Source: Camelus ferus (taxonomy: Eukaryota). Taken from it: a stretch of DNA of 64,000 nt. The notes beneath the pieces were generated by a model. The model saw only the letters and a list, made by a program, of their open reading frames with translations, made no database searches and was not told where the DNA came from. Made by a program: the position numbers and the translations under genes. The DNA is taken from positions 55,306,001-55,370,000 of the forward strand of contig NC_045697.1 of NCBI RefSeq assembly GCF_009834535.1, read 5' to 3'. Shown here piece after piece: positions 49,565-62,345 of this stretch (positions within the stretch are counted from its first letter, which is position 1; each line of letters opens with the position of its first letter).

Positions 49565-52500
49565 GTTTTATTTTACTTTTTAATTTAATTGTTTTAGGGT
49601 AGATTTAGGTTTACAGAAAAGTTGTAAAGGTAGTTTAGAAGGTCTGCAGATAGAGAAACCCAGTTTCCCCTATTATCAACATCTTATATTAGAGTGAGAC
49701 ATTTGTCACAAATAATAAACCAATATTGGAACATTATTTTTGACTAATATTCATACTTCCAGATTTTCTTAATTTTTTAATAATATCCTTTTTCTATTCT
49801 AATATCCCATCAGGGATCCCATAATGCATTTCATCATGATGTCTCCTTAGACTTCTCTTAGCTGGGACAATTTCTCAGACTCTTTTTCTCTTGATGATCT
49901 TGAGGGTTTTACAGGAATGCTACTATTCTGTAAAATGTTCCTTATTTAGAACTTGTATAATTTTTTTCCTTTGTGGTTAGATTGGGAGTATGGATTTATG
50001 AGAGGAAGATTATAAAGTGTAATTTTCATAACATATCAAAAGGACATACTATCGACATGATTTCTCTATTTAAAGCTACTCATGAAGATGAGATAGTTTA
50101 TGTCAAGTTTTTCCACTACCAAGCTTTTCTTCTCCCTTTCCATATTGTTCTCTTTGGAAGGGAATCATTATGCATAGCTCACACTTAAAGAGTGGAAAGT
50201 TATATTCTACCGCTCTGAGAACAGAGTATATCAATTTGGGGAATTCTTCTCCGTAAGAGATTTGTCTGTTCTCCCTTATTTGTGTATTTATTGAATCATT
50301 TATTTATATCAGTATGGGCTAATGCAAATTCAATTTATATGTTGGGTTATAATTCAACACTACTCTGTTTACTTAGTTGCTCAAATTGTTCTGTCTTTGG
50401 CAATTAAGAGCTCAGTTTTTCTTATGGCAGACTTCCATTATTGTGCTTACTCTTGAATGTTCCCTTAACTTTCTGGCACTATAAGATAGTACAGGTTTAT
50501 TCTATATATTTCCTAGCTCAGCAGTGGAATCAGGTGTTTCCCAAAAAAGGTCTGATTCCTCAAGTTGAAAAATGATATTAGAAACCAAGATCTAGTTGCT
50601 AGGTGTGTTTATTGCTTATACACCTTCTTAGAGGACAGAGCAAGGAAATATATGTGTGTATACTAACTTACTATGTGTGTACATATACATAGCTATAAAT
50701 ATTTGTATATTTATACAGCATATATATACATGTGTATATATGTTTACATATCTATTTGTAACTGTGTTAAGCTAAACATAAGTTCAAATGATATCTTCAA
50801 CTCTAATCCATAAACCACATAGAGCATTCTGATTGTCTGTAACTTCCCACTTCAGCAGTACAAAATCTGGCTCCCACCACTGTTCACCATGACTGAGTTT
50901 TCAATTCCAGGACACAGATAAAGTGGCTTTCAAATTATTAGTTCACACTCACATGGGAAAAACTTTATCAACCAGAGTATATTTCTTATATGAAGTTGTG
51001 TTTGCCTTTAGTCTTATAGACTCATTTCCAGAGTTACATGGGTAGGCACTTTTGCTCCTCACTTCAGTAAGGCTGTTTCACACATTGCTGATAGTCATAT
51101 TCTTTTGTCACAGTCTGTATTCAATCCTAGCGTACCCTGATCTCTTAGGATACCCTGACTTTTAAAATTTGTATATATTGAGGCTCATTCTTTCTGTGTA
51201 AAGTACTATGGGTTTTGACCCATGCATAGTGTCATGTGTCCACCCTCATCATATCATATAGGATAGCTTCATTGACCTAAAACATACCCTGTGCTTCACT
51301 AGTTCAACCCACTTCCCACCACCTGGCAAACACTCATCTTCTATTTATTGTTTCAATTGCCTTTGTCACTATGTAGCCTTTCCATACTGGGTTCTTCACA
51401 TAGCAATATGCATTTAAGATGTATCCACATCTTTGTATGGCTTGATAGCTCAATTCCTTTTTATCACTGAATGGTCTTCTATTGTATAGAGGAACAACAG
51501 TTTATTTTCTCATTCATGTATTAAAGAATACTTTGGTTGCTTCCAATTTTTAGAGACTATGAATGAAGTGGCTATAAATACTCACTTCTTTTTTTTTTTT
51601 TGGTATGAGGTTAAGTTTTAAAATCAACTGGATGAGGGGAGGGGATAACTCAGTGGTAGAGCGCCTGCTTAGCATGCATGAGATCCTGGGTTCAATCCCC
51701 AGTACCTCTATAAAGAAAAATTAATAAATAAATAAACAAACCTAATTACCTCCCCCACTTAAAAATTAAAAAAAAATAAATAAAATCAACTGGCTAAATA
51801 TGTAGCAGCATGATTGCTGAATCATATGATAAGGTAATGTTTCTTTTCACTATATAAGAAATCGTCAAACTGTCTTCCAAAGTATATACAATTTTATAGT
51901 AATATCAGCAATGAATGAGAATTTCTATTGCCCTGCATTCTAACAATTGGAATTATCAAGTTTTTAAAATTTTAGTCTTTCTAATAGGTGTGTAGTGATA
52001 GCTCGTTGTTTTAATTTGCATTTTCCTAATGAGGAATGATATTGAGTAGGTTTTTAAACACTTCTTTCCCATCTGTGAATATTTTTATTGAGGTTATCTA
52101 TTCAGATCTTTTGTTCATTTTTAATTACATTTTTTATTGTTGAATTTGAAGTGTTCTTTGCATATTCTGGATATAACTGTTTTATTAGGTATATGTTTTG
52201 CAATTTTTTTCTCCCAATCTGTGGCTTTTCTTTTCATATGCTAACAGTATCTTATACAGAGCAGAATGTTTAATTTTAATAAAGTCCAACCCATTGATTT
52301 TTTTTTTTCTTTCAGGGATCATGTTTTTGGTGTCATATCTAAAAACTCATCACCGAACTCAAAGTAACTTAGATTTTCTCCTATATTTTATTTTCAAAGT
52401 TTTATAGTTTTGCATTTTACATATATGTGTATCATCCATTTTTAATTTTTGTTGTAAGGTGTAAAGTCTGTGTTTTGGATCAGGTTTTTTGTTCATAGAC

Positions 52501-54200
52501 GTATAATTATTCCATCACTATTTAATGAAAAGACTATCTCTATTCCATTGAATTGCCTTTGCACTTTTGTCAAAAATCAGTTGATCATATTTTTCTTAGT
52601 CGATCTGTAGGCTTTTAATCCATTCCATTGATACATGTCTATTCTTTTGCTAATACCACACTATCCTGATTACTTTAACTTAATTAATAGTAAGTCTTGA
52701 AATCTGGTAGAGTGAAGAACTTTGTGCTTTTTATTCAGTATTTTGTTGGCTATTCTTGATTTTTTGCCTTTCATATAAACTTCCAAATGAGTTTGTTGGT
52801 ATGCATGAAATAGCTTACTGTGGTTTGGATTGAATCTCTAGATGTAGTTCTTCCAATTTGGATATCTTAATAATACCAAGTTTTTCAAGCCATAAACACA
52901 GAACATCTCTGCTTTTGTCTAGACCTTTGATTTTTTTAATCAGTGTTTTATAGTTTTCTGCATAAAGATGCTATAGATATTTTGTTAGATTTACTCAAAT
53001 ATTTCATTTTACTGTTGCTTTTGTATATGTTATTTAAAATTTCCAACTCTTACTGTTTATTGCTGGTATATAGAAAGTGATTGACTTTTCTATATTAACT
53101 TTGTATCCCACAACCACGTTACACTCCCTCATTAGTTCAATGAGTTGTAGATTTTGTGAGTATTTTTTACATAGATAATCATGTCATCTACAAATAAAGA
53201 AAGTGTTATTTTTTCTCTTCAATTTATTTAGCATTTATTTTCTTTACTTATTTTGTTGCAGTAAGAAAGGACTTCTGATGTGATGCTGAACAGAAGTGGT
53301 GAGAGATGATGTGTTTGACTTGTTCCGAATCCTAGAGAAAAAGTGAGTCTCTCATTATTAAGTGTGATATTAGCTGTAGGTTTTTTGGTGATGTTCCTTA
53401 GCAAATTGAGAAAGTACCCTTTAATTTCTAGTTTGATAAATTTTTTTCATAAATGGGTGCTGGATTTTGTTAAATGCTTTTTCCTCTATCAATTGATATG
53501 ATGATTATGTCTCTCTGTTTGTTTTTATTCTTTACCCTGTTGGCAAGACTGTATTTCATTAATTGGATTGGTTTTTGGATGTTTAACTAGACTTGTTTAC
53601 CTGAAACAAATCTCACTGGGTGCTTGGTCATAGTGTATCATTCCTTTCACACATTGTTGGTTTGCTTTCCTAATATTTTGTTGAGAATTTTTGCTTCTAT
53701 GTTCATGAGAAATACTGATCTGTAGTTTTTCTTTCCTGTAATATATTTATCTGATTTTGACAGGGTAATGCTTCCTTAAAAAAGAAAAGTTAAGGAATAT
53801 TCTGCTTCTATTTCTAAGTCTTTTCTAAAACTATACAGAATTAATATCATTTCTTCTTGAAAGTTTAGTAGAATTCACCAAAATTATTTTGGCTCAATTT
53901 TTAAATTTTTTCCAAGTTATTTATTATTGATTCAATTTTTAAAGTAGATGTAGCCTTTGTTAAATGTCAGGTAACATTTGTGTCTTGCTGCTCTTTCACC
54001 TGTCGTCTCCTGTTGTGTTAGTCTTACTGGTGTGGCGGTGACGTCGAGAGAGGACACAGTGTCTCATGCTGCTTAAGTCTCAGTCTTTTAGTGGGCTTTT
54101 GTTCCTGGGCTGTGACCCTCACCAGTGTTTCTTACCTCTCCCTCCACTCCTTTGGTGGGATAAAAGGACAAGGCAGAGGTGGAACAAACTTCCAGTGCTT
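49565..54200 (-). mobile_element. Large old L1 (L1MC/L1MD-like): long 3' UTR plus decayed ORF2, with a SINE inserted
   Basis: 3' end 'tttaggtttacagaaaagttg...cagtttcccctattatcaacatctt'; ORF2-like antisense text at about 51400-53950 ('tggattttgttaaatgctttttcctctatcaattgatatgat'). Confidence 0.88.
51636..51780 (+). mobile_element. tRNA-Ala(AGC)-derived SINE, camelid Vic-1 type; 13-bp TSD
   Basis: A-box TAACTCAGTGG, anticodon AGC at 51671-51673, B-box GGTTCAATCC at 51689-51698, tail 'aaacctaattacctccccc' plus an A-rich end. TSD taaaatcaactgg at 51619-51631 and 51781-51793. Confidence 0.92.
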
Positions 54201-54775
54201 TACTTTGAGTTCCTAAATTAGTTGAGGGGAAAAACCAAATCATTATAATAACTAAAATTTCTGTTTTAAGGCTCTGATCAACTGATGTAAAATGGCATCA
54301 TTTAAAACTTTGGGTTTTTTTTATTGTTGTTGTTAGTTTTGTTCTTGCTAATGGAGCTACTGAATTAACAGTTACTATTTTATTTGGAATGAAAATATGT
54401 GAAATTAATTAGGAAGACATCTTATAATCTAAACTAAATGTCTTTCTTTACCCTGTGATATAAAAATGCACGTTTTTGCAGAGGCACAATTAACTAACCT
54501 TTGCTAAACCAAAATGTAATAAATTAAGAAGCCCTATGATTTGGCAGCATGTATAGTTGATGTAACATTAAATGTATCATAAGTAAGGATACATTTTTGG
54601 AGACTTCCATTAGTAAAATTATTTATCAAAGAGATGAATTTACTTTGGGGATAGAATACATTAAATGTATAAATGTTTGAGATGAAATATTTAAATATAT
54701 TTATTTGAAATAAATTAGACTTTAGACAAATCCTCCATTTAGCTTCATTTGCTTTTAGCTTATCCAATGTGGTAC

Positions 54776-55435
54776 TGTTGCCGATATATGTAACTGGTGT
54801 TCCAGGTTCTTGTCCCGTCCCAGAAAGAATTCAGAGACAAAATGTAGTGGTTAAAAAAGGTAAAGTGAGGATTTATTAAAGGATGGATAGTACACTCTCA
54901 GGGGAGAGCGGGCAGGCTCAGGTGAGCGGCTGCCCTGAGTTTCTTTGGCAAGTTAGCTACATAGGGTGTAAAAATGAATGGGCAGAATATTCATTGGGGG
55001 GGGGGAAGGGTTTGGTGTCGTATTCCCTGATTATCATCCCAACTCCACCTTCCCAAAGGGAGGAGGGATTTTTGTCCTTATTTAGTCTGGATCGGAAGTG
55101 TCATGGCGTCGGTGTATGATGGGTACTTCTGAGCTGCAAGGATAATTTTATTGAAATGAGGGCAAAATGAGCAAAAGGTTACATTCGGACACTGGAAATT
55201 CCTGCCTTTTCTCACCTTTCTTTGTTCTTCTCCAGGCCACTTGTCACCCCAAAATGCTTGATCCCTTATCCGCCCAAAGGTTCCTGCTTTTCTTTTTCTG
55301 CCCAGGGACCCCTGCTGCTTACATGGTGTGTGGTTTCCTGCATTTGGCATGTGCCCCTCCTTTCTGCCCAATTCCTGCCATTTGGTCTGTGTCCCCCTTT
55401 CTCTGCTCATATCTAGCTATCTGCCTGCTCTAACA
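54776..55435 (-). mobile_element. Young solo ERV1-class LTR, 660 bp, TSD GTAC
   Basis: TGTT..AACA inverted termini, perfect GTAC flanks (54772-54775 and 55436-55439), minus-strand AATAAA at about 54873-54878, and many CpGs retained. Confidence 0.92.
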
Positions 55436-55900
55436 GTACCTCCTAGATAAGCAATATTTTTTTCAATTAAAAATGTTATGAATCTATGGAGAAGTGTTAA
55501 TTGAAGATGTACTCTTTGGGTTACCCATTAAATTGCAACTTTGAGAAGATTTTAGACATATTTTGCAAAAAAGAAGAACATAAAAACTTATTTACCAAAA
55601 ACCCTCCTATTTCTAAAACTGACAAAGAATTAGAGACAACTGTGACTAAGAAATTAAAGTATGTGAATATGTAATTACAATATTTTTGGCCTAGATTATT
55701 TTAATGTTCTGATAATTCATATAAAGATTTTAAACATGTTTCTTTAATGTACATGAACTTACCTTTAGAAAAAATTTTACTTTTGAGGCTTTAGATTTTG
55801 AATAGCATTATTTCATAGATTACCAATATAATCAATTAACCAAGTAAATAAATGTTTAGAAAATACATGTAATTTTTACTATTTGTGGTGCTTTTCCTAC

Positions 55901-56342
55901 TGTCAACAGTTCAGGGAAAAAACATCAGTAAAACCAATGAATCCCTGAAGTAGTAATTAGGAAAGTTGTGCATACACCAACAAGACCGTTTTGTAAACCA
56001 GGCGCTCAAACCAAAACATGGAATGAGGCTCGGAGGTGAGTTATCATAAGGCAGCTTATACAGTGTGGAGGCAATGAGTGTTCCTTCTTCACAGTGGTGG
56101 GCTGCAATGTCAGAATTTCCTTAAATGAAAGGGAATTATTTAGTGACTACATTATTTCAAGTGTGGGGAACAATTTAAGTTTTACTTAAGATTTTCAGAG
56201 TCATGAGTGAGAAGTTTCTGGTCAAGTTAGCCTCACTTGCCTTGCAAAATAAGGTAAACTAAGCTTTGCTTGTATGACTAAACTAGTTTTGTCTGTTCAG
56301 GGAATTTTCAAGTCTGGTCTCCATTTGTGTTTGATTGTAATA
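55901..56342 (-). mobile_element. Older ERV1-class LTR (MER67/MER77-like)
   Basis: Starts 'tgtcaac'. The minus-strand start 'aaatggagaccagacttgaaaattccctgaacagacaaaac' resembles MER-type LTR 5' ends. Flanks are ctac/ccac. Confidence 0.55.
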
Positions 56343-57624
56343 CCACTGTCTAAAGTGTTTGTACAATTAATTATGCAGTTACCCTGTTATATTTTTAAAA
56401 GTCTAAAAAGTGGCATCTAAAATGTATTTGAAAATCATTTTTTGGACTCTAATGTTTAGGCGTATAAACAGTTAGGAATCACAGATTACATGGTCATCTT
56501 TGTCAATTAAAATTACGCCTCCCAGTGTTCAGGGCACATCTCCAGTGTAATACACTTTCCTTTGTAAGCATTCTAGGTAAACAAATATAAAAGCCACTAC
56601 TGTCTTCTCTTTGAATTTGTCTATATCAACTAGGATTGCAGCAGTGAACATAGATTCAGATCTTTGGAGCATAAATAAAAATAGAGGAAAGTACCATATG
56701 TTTAAAATAATGAATGCTTACTTTATAATCTGAACTCTATTCTAGATGCAAAATACGACCACACTGTGAGAATAACTTGCACTTCAGCTATTTGAAGAGT
56801 TGTATACAAACCAACCAAGTAATTAATTGGACTCTGAAATTTTTTTCACTTAAGATTTAAAAGTGCATCTTTATAAACAAAACAAAACACTATTTTCCAC
56901 ACTAAAGACATTAATACCAGTACAGAGTTGATGATTTACCACTAAAGTACAAATAATTTCCAGCCCATCTCTGCACTCATTTACCAAAAGAAGAAGAGAC
57001 ACAAAGTTAGAGAGAATTTGTTGTCTGGCTGCACCCTGCTTACTTGTGAAGCCAGACATTGAAACATCGAAACTTTTGGGTGCCTCTTAAATATTAAAGT
57101 GAGGAATTATTGGAAGAGAGGCCAAAGGCATTGGAGATGTGAGAACTGAAATGCACCATCCATTTGAAATGCGATGAAAAATGAGCAGCCCACTGATGGT
57201 GATGGATGGTGATGGCCTCTCAGTCAGCACTAGCCACTTGGCTGGAAGGCAAATAGGGAATGCAAGGCAAACTGAGAGCTGGGCAGGCCGTCAAAATAAA
57301 TAAGTAAAAGAAAGGACACTAAAAGGCAGTGGATTGTTAGGAGGAAGGCTTGTAATAAATGATGATGTCAGTGATAAATTAAGGTTACTTATGCCATGGC
57401 TAGCATTCCAGGAAGGAAAACAGATAGGAAAACTTAGCACTCTCAACTCCTAGAAACTAGTTTTCAGGGTGCTGAGTTTTAAAATGGAATGCTCCATGAG
57501 AAATTCAAAGTTAAACTTTAGGTGATACCAGAGGATATAGATTAATATCTGTTTTCAGTTATTCTTCACATACCTGTGGAGGTTGATGGTCAGAAGAAAG
57601 GTATATTGAAGACAATTAGGATGG

Positions 57625-57888
57625 GCAGGGCTTGAGTGGGTGGTGATGGATGAAAGCTATGAAGGGGACTAAGGGAAACAGAATTCTAGCTATAAAATAA
57701 GTAAGTCCCGGGGGTGTAACATACACATAGGGAATATAGTCAATGATACTGTAACAACCTTACATGGTGACCGATGGTAACTGGACTTAATGTGGTGATC
57801 ATTTCATAATATATAAATATATCAAATCACTATGTTGTACACCTGAAACCAATATAATGTATGTTAATTATAACTGAATAATTTAAAT
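57625..57888 (+). mobile_element. L1 3' end (L1MA9-like)
   Basis: 'agctataaaataagtaagtc...agggaatatagtcaat...gtggtgatcatttc...aaatcactatgttgtacacctgaaac'. Confidence 0.85.
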
Positions 57889-60800
57889 GTAGTCAAAGTT
57901 CAATAGAGTTGGATTTTCAGACTTTCTCTAGAGAAGTATAGTGGCGTACTGTCACCAAACTTCTATGACCCCATCTCACCCTAAACTAGATGTTTCATCT
58001 ATTTTGTTTAAGACACCACAGAGGGTATTTGGTTCCATTTATTCATTATGTCAGTAGGTCAGTCGATGAGTCAACTACTTAGCTACACATAGGCAGAGTT
58101 TACTACATGCTGGGCTTTTTATTGGGTGCTGGTGAAAAAACAAGTCCCTGTCTTAAGAAAGCCCTCTAACTAGTGTAGTGAAAAGCTTCTATTTTAATTT
58201 CAACAATTGACTTCAGAGTGTTTGAAAAAGTTTAAGGTGTATCTTTTATAATTAGGATCTTCATCATATGATGGTTTTGGTGTTTAAACTGCTTCCTAGA
58301 TAAATGGGTGTCTAGAGGCCGAAGATCTTGATGGGGATAGGGGACTGAAGACAGTAGGTCTGGAACTTGGGCAGAAATCCTCAATTTGGGTATTATCAAG
58401 AAAAACCCAAAGACAAGGTCATATAAAACATAAGCCAGACAAATAATCTAAGTGTAGTCACATGTGAGAAGAAAACATGGAAACAAAGCAGCAGGAAAAA
58501 AAATAAGAGACATTAGGACAGGACAGATTGGATTCTGGGTATGGGGTAGGAGGCTAAGCCTAGAAAAAATCTTGTAAGGAGTTAGAATGGAGCACTGGAG
58601 CCTTGTCATATGCTTGCAACCTCACCAGTAGATGTGGAGAGACTTTCGAAGGGCACCAAGTAGGCTCAGATGAGTACATAATGTCTCATCTATATAATGG
58701 GTGAATCTTTGAGGCAAGATTTAACTGTCTATTCATTATCTTTTTAGATAAAAGAATCAAAGCCTAAAAAAAAATTTAGCATTAAGAATATTTTTATTCC
58801 TTCAGTAAAGTTAACAGAAATAAAATACAATAAATGAATTGATTTCTGCTTACAGTTTTAAATTTTATTGTGCTTTTTGCCTTAATTTTTCAGATGACCC
58901 AAAATCACATGTGGTATGAGGATACTTAGTGTTTACCCAACATAGTCTTTGCACAGCTATGCTCATCCTTTCGTCCATGGGCTCAGTTTGGACCAATAAG
59001 GGAACCAACCCTGTTGTTTATTATAGGCCCCCACCTTCTGAATAAACGTAGCCTGGAGGACCCAGTGTCCCTGGGGCAAGCCCTGGTTGTGTGTGTGCGC
59101 GTTGTGCTCTAGGCGTCTTCTAGTCCCCACTATGTTCGCTAAGCTTTTTCTCTCATCCAAGCTACAATCCCCTGCTAGAACTGAAACTCTGGCTTCAATC
59201 TTAGGTTGCTTGACTGGCATCACAGAAGTGATGCTGAGGTGCAACTTTGCTTCCCAGCAAAAACCTCCATCAACCTTGGCTCTCGCTAAATCACAACGAT
59301 TTTCTCAATACAAAAAATATTGTGTAAAAAGTCCTCTAGTATCCCCCTTCCAACCAGATGCTTATACTTTACCTAATTCATTCCAGCTTCTCAGTAGAAA
59401 TTGAGTATTATTTCCTATTCTGAAAATACAATAATTCTGTGTTTGGCTTTACTATTTCTTGCTATCTGGATGCATGCCTGCCCTGTCACATCAAATAATG
59501 TCTCTGAGTTCTCTTGCTATGATGACTAGTTTAAGCCCAAGTTGCTCTTTGCCTTTGAAACCTTAGTGCTCACTGATGGCTGTAACTCTGAGGGAGGACA
59601 CCCTACAGCCAGGTACTCTCCCCAAACCCTGTTCTGTCTGGCCTCTTCTGTCTCCTGTGGGCTTTTTGACTTTTCTCTCTCCATTGCATCTCAGAGCTGA
59701 ATTTCCCCAATTCTTCCACAGCCTGCCTTAAAAATGGGGAAGCTTAATCTCAAAAAAATTATTTTTATTAGGTATTTTTTAGTTTTATTTAATATGCTAT
59801 AAATATGTGCATGTGTTTACATTTTGAACTGTGTTGATTAACAAACTTATTTCTGAATTGAGAGTCCTCCAAAGAAAATTAATGCTCTGTCAGACACAAG
59901 TTAATTAATTTGCTCTTTTGAAAATTATTTTTATTTATACAGAACTTTGTAAATACAATTTTTTGTACAGATGCAACACAACAAGAACAGACAGAGAAAA
60001 TATAAGTGTGAAAGCAGAAAGCATCTTCTTTCAAAGCATTTGTTCTTGACCCAGAAATTGTGCAGTAAGTGTGTTTGTCTCTAAGGACACATTCTATGTA
60101 ATAGAATTTTCTTCAGTGCAACCTTGAACATATCTCAGCATTTGTACTTTAAACCTCAGAAAATCTTGTGCTGAGATGCAGTGTGTGAGTATGAGGGTGC
60201 GTATGCACGCGCACATCTGTTGCCTAATCTCTCTCTATGGTTGCCCTTTGCTTGCTCCTATTTTAGTTTATTGAACTTCTCAAAAAGAAACATTTTGAAA
60301 CACAGAGGGCTTTTTCATCTCTTGCTAGTGATCACTCACCCTGATTCATTCATAGCCCAGAAAACATGGAAACTCATAGACTCTGACTCTTATTATCACT
60401 GCTTAGAAGATAGTTATTGGTGACATTGGTCAAATTTAACAAAAGAGTACTAGATTCTAATTCTGTTTACTGATCTCTCAGTTTTATGGCTCTATTTCTC
60501 TCCGTTTCATACTCCAGACTTAAACTTAAGATGAATATTAGATATGTAGGTATATTTTGAGCACAGAAACATGAACAAGACAATAAAGCAAAAAATAAAT
60601 ATGGGACATGAGAAAAGAAATCAAATGAGGGGTGTGAAGTAATAGTTTTTTTCTGTTTTTTTTTTTTAGTTAATGTATACAACATACCATACCTCAGTTT
60701 GTAATCCTACCCCACTTGATCCTCAGAATAATCTCACTAAGAAAGTAGCTCACTTACAGAGAACAAAGGCCCTGAAATGTTAGATAATGTTCCTTTATTT

Positions 60801-61299
60801 ACTCCAGTAGGCAAGAGGCAAAGCCTAAACCTAGTATGGTCTATTTCAAAAATATCCTCTCCATGACCCATGTACTCCTAAGAATGCTGTGCTCAGTTAT
60901 CCCTGTCTTATGTGCTTTATTTTCGCACATACCTTTCCTCATTCTCTCAGTATCCTGAATTCAGTGAATTCTTTAAATACAGCCCAAAATGTGTTTCTTC
61001 AACAGACTTCACCAATTCCTCTATATTTTCTTCCACAGAGGTCATTAATCCACTGTTTTCTTTTCTCCTTTTAACCTCTGTAGCATTCATCACATGCACA
61101 CAACTTGTCCAATCACACTGTGCCTACATTGTTATAACTTTCCATGTGGGCTTTTCTATCTTCAGTCAGATTGTAAATCCCCTTAGTCTAAAGCTGAGTA
61201 TCAATCAATCAACAGACTCTCTGTGATTGAGACATTGTGTAAGGTGAAATGGTAGATAAAACAATTTGAGCAGTAAATAAATGAAAGTCTGAAAAGACA

Positions 61300-62345
61300 G
61301 TATGTGTCTTGGTGTACTAATGCCACAATAATCCTAAATAACATACCATCACAACACTCAGGGCTTCTAAAGGCAAGCGTCTTTTCACACTCACTGGGGT
61401 GTGAATTGACTGTCCTTGAACTTCAGGCTATTTTTTGGTCCAGATTGGCTGCAGCTATGATCAGTTCTACAGGTGCCTCATTCTGGGGCCCAGGTTGAAG
61501 GAAGTCTCTGTAGGGAACTCCTTCCCTCAGCAATTTAACTATCACCATATTTGACATCCCCAAAGGATTCTTTATTAACACTCTTCTTCCCTAAAATTAA
61601 AAAAAATTAGTAATAACCATGAGATAATCATGTACCTATCAGTAATAATCTGTATTTTTTCTAAAAAATAAATTGAATAATATTCAAATTTAGTAAAATA
61701 TTTTATATAGAAACTAAAATTTGCCTTAAAGCAAAAAAAAATTACTCCTTAATATTTGCTTTTTAAACTAAAAAAAATTAACACAAATACAAACTCTAAG
61801 TGGCCACTTACAACAGCAGAAATAAAGCAACTCAAGTTGTGTTTCTATATCATTATGATCGCTGTGAAACTGTCATTTAAAAAAATCTACTGGTTAGAAG
61901 CAGGGGTATGTAATGCTTGAGGGGCTGGAGGCTCAAACTGCCTCTGAAGTAAGGCTAAGTGATCGTGACAAATGATGAATTTATTCAAAATGAATCGTAG
62001 AGCTTAGTCTGCTATGCTGATGGCTGAATATAAATGCAGTAATTATTTGGAAGCTTAGCCCTATGAAAAATTTGTGTGTTGTGACAGGGGGGTACCCTGT
62101 CCTTGGTAAACCTCTCTCTGCTTCTTTGGTATGTACATGGGATTCCTGGAGTTGAAGAAGTCACGCTCCACCACTCAGTCTCAATTCAAACCACTGTTCA
62201 CATCCTGTCTACTAACAACCTGTTGATCAAAACAGGTCACATGGCTAAGCCCAAATCAAGGGATAGGGGAGTAGACTTTCCCATGATGAGGTCACAGCAT
62301 AGGAGTGAGGAGTATGAATTGAGATCAATATTTCAATCTATTCCA
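61300..62345 (-). mobile_element. MLT1 LTR split by an AT-rich insert of about 600 bp (about 61500-62100, possibly a hAT relic)
   Basis: Left part 'taatgccacaataatcctaaataac...ttctggggcccaggttgaagg'; right part 'caaaacaggtcacatggctaagcccaaatcaaggg'. Confidence 0.6.

Noticed and set aside
51636..51710. Genuine tRNA-Ala gene
   Set aside because: The SINE tail, TSD and stem mismatches identify it as a SINE.
58870..58920. 20-nt + strand micro-exon (ttttcag|ATGACC...GTG|GTATGA)
   Set aside because: The donor is weak and T-rich acceptors are common here.
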